From: a virus
Taxonomy: Duplodnaviria > Caudoviricetes
Virus record (IMG/VR): IMGVR_UViG_3300034084_000026
Location: 1 to 40,408 of that record
Strand: one strand, 5' to 3'
DNA length: 40,408 bases
Shown here in pieces: positions 33,558 through 40,408 of this stretch (positions are counted from its first letter, which is position 1; each line of letters opens with the position of its first letter). Position numbers and translations under genes: made by a program. The notes below the pieces were generated by a model, which was given only the letters and a program-made list of their open reading frames with translations, was not told where the DNA came from and did not search any database.

Positions 33558-34372
33558 TGTGGCGATGTTCCACGGGCGATGGAGGCCGTAGGGGCGGGGG
33601 CCGGAGGGGTGCGGAGGGGTGCGGAGGGCGTTCTGGGCCGCGTGGAACAGACCGGTACACCCGGAACAGACGCGGAACAGAAGAAGACACCCGAAGATGC
33701 CCGTCCGTAGGGGTGTGTGTGCCTGTGGGGGGGTGCTCTGTTCTGCGTTCTGGGCGCGCGTGCGTGTGGTGCGCGCTCTGGCGCTGTGCGCTGGCTACGC
33801 AGGCGCAGGCGGGACGGTCCCGGCCAGAACAGGCGGCGGCAGAACACGGCGGGGGGTGTGAGAAAGGCGGCGGAGGCCGCAAGGACGGGGCGGGAAAGCA
33901 TCTTGACGACGGGGTGTTCTCTGTGGTATCGTGGCGGGGTGTCTCGCGCGCCCGTGCGTTGCCGGGACTCAAACAGGGCCGACGATCGGCCTCCGCCCCC
34001 CAACCGAGGATTTCCTTCGTGGCCAAAAGCAAGCCGACCAGCAAACAGCAAACCCCGAGCGCGGCCTCCCGCGATGCGCGGCCCCTGTCTGCCGTCCTCG
34101 ATGGCCCCGCCCCGGCCACGGGGGCCGCCTCTCTCGTTGCGCCGGGGGCCGGGGGCGGCGGAGATAGCCAGCCGGGGCCGGACAACGACGGACGGGCCGC
34201 CCCTGCAGGACGGGCGAGGAAGGGCCGAGCGGGGCCGAAGGACGGGGGGCAGGAGGCAATGGGGGGTATCTCTTCGCCGGAAAAAGCCGGAGGGGGGGTG
34301 GGGGCCAAAGCGCGTGGGTCCCTTGCCGCAGGGCGGGGGGCTTCCCCTCTCTCGACTGACCCCCAAGAATCT

Positions 34373-34939
34373 ATGACGGAAGCATACCGCAATACAGTAG
34401 TATTCGGTGTGTCCCATCCAAATATATACGATAATGATACCCCCCATTTTTCCGGGTCCCCCTCCGATGATACCCTAACCCCCGATCACGCCGAAAAGTT
34501 ACAACAATTACTCCCCCCATCATCCAATTACGACGAACTGAATCCACCCCCTGCCCTGCCGGTGCCGTCATTGGCCCACCTTAAAGGTACGGGGCTGAAG
34601 AATGTGGGCAAGGATAAAAACGGCAGAGTCATCCCGCATGTGCGTTCCGAACTTCTGGCGCAAAAAATATGTGAACTGGTAGCATGTGGGGCATCAGCCA
34701 ACGACATTGCAGTGCACTTCAACATTCGGCCCGGCTTACTAAAACAGTGTTACGCCACGGAATTGGAAGCCGGGGCATTCGCCCCAAACATGGCTGTAGC
34801 GGGTGCTATCTTGGACCGCGCAAAAAGGGGTGACCCCCGGCTGGCCATCTATTGGACCAAGGCCCGAATGGGCTGGCGCGACGGAGACGGGGCCGAACGA
34901 ACGGACGTAAGCCCGCTTAATATCCATATCCACCTATAA
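34373..34939 (+). CDS. Probable terminase small subunit (HTH)
   Basis: G.S...IA.....L...Y..EL..G and A..GD..A.IYW.KAR.GW motifs; upstream of terL. Start codon uncertain. Confidence 0.7.
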   Translation: MTEAYRNTVVFGVSHPNIYDNDTPHFSGSPSDDTLTPDHAEKLQQLLPPSSNYDELNPPPALPVPSLAHLKGTGLKNVGKDKNGRVIPHVRSELLAQKICELVACGASANDIAVHFNIRPGLLKQCYATELEAGAFAPNMAVAGAILDRAKRGDPRLAIYWTKARMGWRDGDGAERTDVSPLNIHIHL

Positions 34940-34940
34940 T

Positions 34941-35093
34941 ATGCCATACACCGCTGCCCAGATCCGGCTATTCGAAGGCGTCAAGCACGGGTCCATCCAT
35001 AAAAAGGGACTGACACCGGGCAAGGCCACAAAGATGCTAGCGGAAGTACACGGTAAGGCGACGAAAGTTCTTACGCAAAAAGGGAAGAAATAA
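34941..35093 (+). CDS. Small basic protein (50 aa; not in the ORF track)
   Basis: MPYTAAQIRLFEGVKHG...KGKK; fills the gap exactly, with TAATG coupling to the next gene. Confidence 0.6.
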   Translation: MPYTAAQIRLFEGVKHGSIHKKGLTPGKATKMLAEVHGKATKVLTQKGKK

Positions 35094-35344
35094 TGGACGT
35101 AACCCCTACAAACAGCATGTTCAAGGTAATGTCCTCGCTGACGGACGCCTTCTGCGGGGAAGAGCCAGAAAAATTACACACCGGGCCGGGTGCCTCCAAG
35201 GTGCGGGAAAACAGGAAGATGATGATGGACGTGCTGCACCGGCTAGTACATCTTTCGATGCGCGAAGGTGCCGCTCGAGCGATGAACACTCACTCACGTT
35301 CCGGAATCGAACTGCCATCGGGAGTACACATCCGTGGAAGCTGA
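35093..35344 (+). CDS. Hypothetical protein
   Basis: Coupled to the upstream gene and overlaps the terL start. Confidence 0.6.
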   Translation: MDVTPTNSMFKVMSSLTDAFCGEEPEKLHTGPGASKVRENRKMMMDVLHRLVHLSMREGAARAMNTHSRSGIELPSGVHIRGS

Positions 35345-36869
35345 GGTACACATACCGGGAAAAGGTAAAAAGCCGGGGTCGCCGCAAAAAGATGGCGGCA
35401 TCCATTATTATCCACCCGGCCCAGTAGCTAAAGCCTTCCTCCGGGATGACTCGTTCATAACCGGAATACGCGGCCCGTTCGGTAGTGGTAAGTCTACCGC
35501 CGTCATAATGAAGTTGATAAAGAACGCCCAGCAGCAGCCACGCGGGGCGGACGGCTGGAAAAGGCGCAGAACAGCAATCATACGTAATACGTACCCCGAA
35601 CTGAGGACCACGACGATGAAATCGTGGCACCAGTGGATACCACAACATATGGGCCGGTGGCGGGAATCGGGTCCGCCCATGCACCATATTGTGGACGAGA
35701 ATGACAAATTCGACTGGGAGGTGATCTTCGTCGCACTTGATCGGCCCGACGATCTAGCTAAGCTGCTGTCCATGGAACTTTCCGATGCTTGGGTGAACGA
35801 GGCGCGTGAAGTACCCAAGGCCATCGTGGACGGTTTAACAGGCCGCGTGGGGCGCTACCCTCCCCGCTGGCAAGCTGAGCCAACAAACGTTCAGATTCTA
35901 CTTGACACCAACCCGCCCGACACCGACCATTGGTGGTACATTCTGGCAGAAAAAGACACATCAAACGAGCGCAATCGCCAGCTTATTCAATCGATGGGCG
36001 AGGCTGAAGAAACCTTACGATCCAAGGGTGTCCTCACCGGAACACAAAAGTTAATGTCCTTCTACTCCCAACCGTCCGGTAGGGCGCAGAATGCGGAGAA
36101 TCTGCGCAACCTCCGCCCCGGATACTACGACTTCATGATGGCCGGTAAGGACGCCGATTGGATCAAGGTGTACATTGACGGCGAATACGGCTTTGTGATG
36201 GACGGGCTGCCGATGTTCCCAGAGTACAAAGACTCCCTGCACTGTAAAGACCACCTCATCATACCGGGGATTGGATTACGGATCGGGATGGACTTTGGGC
36301 TTACCCCGGCGGCTACCATTTCCCAGAGAACCGGTAATGGTAAGTGGGTAGTTCATGATGAATATGTGTCAGAGCGGATGGGCATCGTGACGTTCGCAAA
36401 CGACCTAATACGCAAGCTGCACGAACGGTATCCGGGGATTAAAATTATATCGTCACGCGGGGACCCGGCTGGTGATGCGGTTACGCCGGAAGAGAAGACC
36501 TGCTTCCAGATAATGACGGCAGCAGGACTTCCAACCCAACCCGCCCCGACCAACGACCCGGTTCGACGCCGGGAGTCGGTGGCCTACTTGCTTAAAACCA
36601 TCGTGGACGGCGAACCGGCGATGACGATCCACTCCCGCTGTAACATCTTACGGAAAGGGATGGCCGGGGGGTATCACCGCAAGCGCCTCATGGTGTCCGG
36701 GGACGTGCGCTATCGTGACGTTCCCGATAAGAACCAGTACTCCCACGTATGTGAAGGGCTGGAGTATGATTGCTTGTCGGCGGGAGAAGACCGAGCAATT
36801 CTGGTAACGCCAGAAAACAGGAGCGCTGTAAAACAGCAATATGCGCAATCAGATTATGAAATGTTCTAG
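35334..36869 (+). CDS. terL: Terminase large subunit
   Basis: Walker A GPFGSGKS, IIRNTYPEL, WVNEARE, DTNPP, nuclease GMDFGLTP and GDPAG. Confidence 0.93.
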   Translation: MEAEVHIPGKGKKPGSPQKDGGIHYYPPGPVAKAFLRDDSFITGIRGPFGSGKSTAVIMKLIKNAQQQPRGADGWKRRRTAIIRNTYPELRTTTMKSWHQWIPQHMGRWRESGPPMHHIVDENDKFDWEVIFVALDRPDDLAKLLSMELSDAWVNEAREVPKAIVDGLTGRVGRYPPRWQAEPTNVQILLDTNPPDTDHWWYILAEKDTSNERNRQLIQSMGEAEETLRSKGVLTGTQKLMSFYSQPSGRAQNAENLRNLRPGYYDFMMAGKDADWIKVYIDGEYGFVMDGLPMFPEYKDSLHCKDHLIIPGIGLRIGMDFGLTPAATISQRTGNGKWVVHDEYVSERMGIVTFANDLIRKLHERYPGIKIISSRGDPAGDAVTPEEKTCFQIMTAAGLPTQPAPTNDPVRRRESVAYLLKTIVDGEPAMTIHSRCNILRKGMAGGYHRKRLMVSGDVRYRDVPDKNQYSHVCEGLEYDCLSAGEDRAILVTPENRSAVKQQYAQSDYEMF

Positions 36870-36875
36870 GAGACA

Positions 36876-37121
36876 ATGATGGGCGGACTAGTTGAAGCGG
36901 TAGCAGATTTATTCGGCGGTGGCGGCAATGATGCACCACCACCACCACAAATTAAGGCCCCAGACCCGCTTCCGGCCCCGCCGTCCATTGATGATGCGGC
37001 CAAGCTGCGGGACGATGCGGACAAAATCAAAAAGCGGAAAGGCCGGGCCGCGACCCTCATGACCGGCAAAGAGGGATCGGGAACTCCTGACTCATCTGCC
37101 GCAACCTTACTTGGAGGTTAA
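36876..37121 (+). CDS. Small virion-assembly protein of the type normally adjacent to the portal gene
   Basis: Gly/Pro-rich N-terminus and KRKGR.AT..TG...LLG C-terminus. Confidence 0.7.
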   Translation: MMGGLVEAVADLFGGGGNDAPPPPQIKAPDPLPAPPSIDDAAKLRDDADKIKKRKGRAATLMTGKEGSGTPDSSAATLLGG

Positions 37122-37125
37122 GATT

Positions 37126-37689
37126 ATGTTCATGTATTATTGGGATAAAACGCTGGCGGCACTGGGACAAGAAGGCAAAAGGCGGGTGGAAGGCAGCGAT
37201 GGCGCGGCGTTTACTGCTGTAGTAGACCCTACAACTGGCCTACCATTAGGTATTAGTAACGGTGGACTCCCAGTATCAAACGTAAATGAACCAGCCCGTG
37301 ATTTATTTCTTGGCTGGTTTTTTGGTTCAGATAATGTGTTTTATACCTTGGCATTAGCTGCAACCAAATACAGTGGACTTTTCCAAGATTTTTCATTGTA
37401 CAACCCCGGTGCGCGGCAGATTGTTATTATTAATGGGAATGGGGCAACTGGCTGTGACTTCTCAGGTACAGTTGAGTTTTCCAGAAATGGCATCGGCGAT
37501 GCTACGCTAGATTCATATGAGGTTAGTTCTCTTGCTATTGCTGCCGGAGCAAAAGGAGCTATTACTGTGCTCCCAATACCCGCATCTGCGGGGTATGACA
37601 ACTTCATTCGGCTTAATCTTACTGCCACTGCTGGGCAGACCGCAAACCAATTGAAGTTCCGGGCGTATCTTACTGGGCGCGGGGGTTAA
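37126..37689 (+). CDS. Hypothetical beta-rich protein (moron-like insert, gene 1)
   Basis: GGAGG RBS before ATG 37126; AT-richer codon usage. Confidence 0.75.
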   Translation: MFMYYWDKTLAALGQEGKRRVEGSDGAAFTAVVDPTTGLPLGISNGGLPVSNVNEPARDLFLGWFFGSDNVFYTLALAATKYSGLFQDFSLYNPGARQIVIINGNGATGCDFSGTVEFSRNGIGDATLDSYEVSSLAIAAGAKGAITVLPIPASAGYDNFIRLNLTATAGQTANQLKFRAYLTGRGG

Positions 37690-37691
37690 CC

Positions 37692-39422
37692 ATGAAGTGC
37701 TTATTGCTCACTGAACCCGTACTCCCAGAAGGTGCTTCTGATAAAAACAAGCTGTATAGTGTCCGCAATCAACTTGCCGGACTAGGCATCAAATATGACC
37801 GGCAGCGAAGTGATAATATCTCGGACTATGCCGCTATATCTGCTGCCTATGATTTTGTCTGCATACCTTATGTGGGTGATACTGGATTCAGGACGATGCT
37901 AAACAGCGCCCTGCTAACCATACCTGTGATTATTGCAGAGATGGGGAATACGACAGCAGTAAACCTTGGGAATACTCCGGGTATTCAAGGCACCGGACTC
38001 CCTGCTGCGTCAGATGCATTTTTTCAGTCTGTGTTTTGTACTTCTCCATATATGGCTACCAATGCAAGGTGGGCAACCCCCCATGCAACGGCTCCGGGTG
38101 TACCCCTATTGTGGGCAGCAGCAACTAGTCCCATTGACGCTTCCGCGCAAACCGAGGCCGGGTTATGGGGCGCTTGGAGAACCACAAAAGCTGGGGCTGG
38201 AGGAATCTACGCGAACGTACAGGAACAGAACGTGGTTCCGTTTGTTGCGTTCCTTATCCAAGCTGCCTATAACAACGGTGACTTTACTGCCTCGCAGATG
38301 GCTGGTTTGCGTAGATTGCCTCTGTCCATAGATATGGATCACTTGTCAGGGGCGCATTTTACCGATATTAATATCCTTAACCGATGGTTAACCCAAATCC
38401 CCAGCAATGGGATGTCATGGTGCGGAATTAACAATGCATCTAAGCAAGCGACTGCACCTGCGGGAACTCTCACACTATCTGCTGCAACAGTAGGCACAGG
38501 AAGAACACTTACATCCAGCGTTGCAGCCACATTTGCCTCTACAGATGAAACAGATGGTGCTATTGTGTGGTGTGGAGGCGGGGTAGCCAGAGTCACCGGC
38601 TACACAAGTGGCACAGTCGTTACTGCTGAAATCCTAATTGCTTTCCCAGGAACAAGTTGCCCATCTGGCACTTGGGGTAAAACCTACTACAACAGCATAA
38701 CAAATATGTCGGCTGGGGTTAAGGCTGCGCTGCAAGCTGCCCATGCTGCCGGGAGAATTAAGTTTTGCTATCATGACCACTCTGCGGGCAAAGAGCATTT
38801 TTCAAGTGGGTTCTGGCCTTTTAATACTTGGGGTGGAACTATGGTGGCAAATGCCAATGTTACCAAGGCGATTCAGGACAGCCATTACCAGTACCTCAAA
38901 AGCATATGGGAAGCTGCTGGATTCTCTTTTGACCTACCAAGTTTCTATGTTCCGGCATCAAATGCTTGGAATGAAGATACGCTGCTGCTGCACCAGCCAC
39001 GCAGCAGTCTCGCGGCCTCCCCGGATAACTCTGCCGCAAAGGTCGGGTATGGCACAACTATGGTAAGGCAGGCGTATGCCAGCCCATCATCAAGACCAAC
39101 AACAGTCATGGGCGTTGTCAATAAGAATGGGCATATCAAGCGGGATTATTTTGCAGGGATGACCTTTGTGTGGTCAGCCGACTTATCTCCAACTGACGCC
39201 GGGCTGACCGAATCGCAGTGCCGCTCAATCTGGCAGTGGTTTCTGTATGCGCTACATTTCGGTGGCAGCGTGTACTTACATGACGAGGATTTTATAGACA
39301 CACAAAATCCCATTACGGGGGAGTATGGAGTTGAATTGCTCAGCCAGCTTAACCAGATGGGAGCATACCTGACTAATGTTTCTGCATTTTGGGCAGACCA
39401 AACAAAATATTCTTTAGGGTGA
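37692..39422 (+). CDS. 576-aa protein, putative polysaccharide deacetylase-like with an inserted beta domain (moron-like insert, gene 2)
   Basis: IDMDH, YHDH, YVPASN and VYLHD occur in NodB/CE4-like order. The function is an inference. Confidence 0.6.
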   Translation: MKCLLLTEPVLPEGASDKNKLYSVRNQLAGLGIKYDRQRSDNISDYAAISAAYDFVCIPYVGDTGFRTMLNSALLTIPVIIAEMGNTTAVNLGNTPGIQGTGLPAASDAFFQSVFCTSPYMATNARWATPHATAPGVPLLWAAATSPIDASAQTEAGLWGAWRTTKAGAGGIYANVQEQNVVPFVAFLIQAAYNNGDFTASQMAGLRRLPLSIDMDHLSGAHFTDINILNRWLTQIPSNGMSWCGINNASKQATAPAGTLTLSAATVGTGRTLTSSVAATFASTDETDGAIVWCGGGVARVTGYTSGTVVTAEILIAFPGTSCPSGTWGKTYYNSITNMSAGVKAALQAAHAAGRIKFCYHDHSAGKEHFSSGFWPFNTWGGTMVANANVTKAIQDSHYQYLKSIWEAAGFSFDLPSFYVPASNAWNEDTLLLHQPRSSLAASPDNSAAKVGYGTTMVRQAYASPSSRPTTVMGVVNKNGHIKRDYFAGMTFVWSADLSPTDAGLTESQCRSIWQWFLYALHFGGSVYLHDEDFIDTQNPITGEYGVELLSQLNQMGAYLTNVSAFWADQTKYSLG

Positions 39423-39460
39423 ACGCTTAATCAATAGTAACTCAATAGATAAACCACCAG

Positions 39461-39480
39461 ACCGCCTTCGGGCGGTTTTT
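39461..39480 (+). terminator. Rho-independent terminator closing the insert
   Basis: ACCGCC-TTCG-GGCGGT followed by TTTT. Confidence 0.8.
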
Positions 39481-39496
39481 AAGAATCGAGGAATCC

Positions 39497-40408
39497 ATGA
39501 TTGATTCACGAGTTGAAGAGATCTTCCGGGACCAGTCCCAGTTAGAGAACAATAGGTCCACCTTCGAGGCCCATTGGAAGGAGATTGCCGAGCGAATTCT
39601 TCCCCGGCAGGACGATTTCATGGGGCATCGGGGGATGGAGGGCGAAAAGCGGACCGAAAAGATCTTCGATTCCACCGCCGTGCTTGCTCTTGACCGGGCG
39701 GCGTCAGCCATCGATTCGCTCATCACCCCCGGAACCCAGATATACCATCGCCTAAGCCCGGAGGATGAATCACTGGAAGATGACCATATCGTTAAATTGT
39801 ACTTGGACGAAGTTAATAAGTTGTTGTTCAAGGTGCGTTATCGCCCTATGGCTAACTTTGCGTCCCAAGCCCATGAATGTTACGTCAGCCTGATGGCGTT
39901 TGGGACATTGGGGATCTTCATCGACGACGTTATGGGGTCAGGAATACGATACAAGTCGATGCCACTATCCGAATTGTTCATAGCCGAGAATCAATACGGT
40001 ATGGTCGATTTTGTGCATCGTAAGTTCCCATTAACAGCAAGGGCCGCGATTCAAAAATTTGGAACCCAGCTTCCTGAAAAAATACTGAAGGCGGCTGAAA
40101 AAGAACCGTTCCTGAAGTTCGATTTTATACATTGTGTTAAGCCGAACCAAAACATCCAGCATCGCCGCAAGGACTTCAGGGGGATGCCTATTTCGTCCTG
40201 TTATGTGTCGGTGGAAGGTAAAAAATTGATGTCCGAGGGCGGGTATCGCACGATGCCTTATGCAGTATCTCGCCATGTAACCGCCCCCCGTGAAACTTAT
40301 GGCCGCTCTCCGGCCATGCAGGTGCTCCCCGACATCAAAATGCTGAATGAAATGGAAAAGACCATAATGAGGGCGGCGCACAAAATCGTGGACCCACCCC
40401 TGTTGGCA
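39497..40408 (+). CDS. Portal protein, N-terminal half (open at the window end)
   Basis: GAGG RBS; MIDSRVEE...R..FE.HW.EIA..ILP and IFDSTA..A...AA; in frame with 52-873. Confidence 0.9.
   Translation, partial: MIDSRVEEIFRDQSQLENNRSTFEAHWKEIAERILPRQDDFMGHRGMEGEKRTEKIFDSTAVLALDRAASAIDSLITPGTQIYHRLSPEDESLEDDHIVKLYLDEVNKLLFKVRYRPMANFASQAHECYVSLMAFGTLGIFIDDVMGSGIRYKSMPLSELFIAENQYGMVDFVHRKFPLTARAAIQKFGTQLPEKILKAAEKEPFLKFDFIHCVKPNQNIQHRRKDFRGMPISSCYVSVEGKKLMSEGGYRTMPYAVSRHVTAPRETYGRSPAMQVLPDIKMLNEMEKTIMRAAHKIVDPPLLA
40265..40408. repeat. Terminal direct repeat, right copy
   Basis: Matches 1-144 with one mismatch. Confidence 0.95.

Larger units (their letters stand above)
32855..34372. other. GC-rich non-coding control region between the divergent arms (likely promoters plus packaging/origin signals)
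   Basis: Only low-complexity Arg/Gly/Pro ORFs; dense in direct and inverted repeats; directly upstream of terS. Confidence 0.7.

Noticed and set aside
33557-34372. N-terminal 272 aa of the 460-aa ORF and the overlapping long ORFs in 32900-34450
   Set aside because: Low-complexity Arg/Gly/Pro/Ala translations open in many frames because of high GC; no RBS; the GTG start overlaps a sigma-54 box.
32900-34372. CRISPR array
   Set aside because: The repeats are short, mixed in orientation and irregularly spaced, with no repeat-spacer periodicity.
1-40408. Lysogeny module, phage RNA polymerase or tRNA genes
   Set aside because: No integrase, repressor, single-subunit RNAP motifs or tRNA cloverleaf were recognised by eye.

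Overview
This window is an apparently complete, circularly assembled podovirus genome of about 40.26 kb. Bases 1-144 repeat as 40265-40408, and the junction splits the portal gene. The + strand carries a BPP-1/T7-style morphogenesis arm (terS, terL, portal, scaffold, capsid, adaptor, nozzle, internal virion proteins, tail fibre) and a lysis cassette. The - strand carries small early genes and a replication arm (AEP primase, SNF2-like and UvrD-like helicases, two SSB candidates, HNH). The main recognisable system is a full 2-aminoadenine (Z-genome) pathway: purZ-mazZ-datZ plus a family-A polymerase with DpoZ-like motif changes. The least explained feature is a ~1.5 kb GC-rich control region between the arms. 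It holds four perfect sigma-54 (-24/-12) boxes in alternating orientation, several inverted repeats and a 14-bp palindrome, although no enhancer-binding activator is encoded. Other notable items: a conserved 11-nt leader before early genes, two promoters with a shared non-canonical -35, a Tad2-like/RyR-domain pair separated by a structured RNA, an endolysin with a nested in-frame membrane protein, and a moron-like insert encoding a putative deacetylase that shares a domain with the tail nozzle. No integrase, tRNA, CRISPR array or reverse transcriptase was seen. All family assignments come from motif reading and recollection, not database searches.
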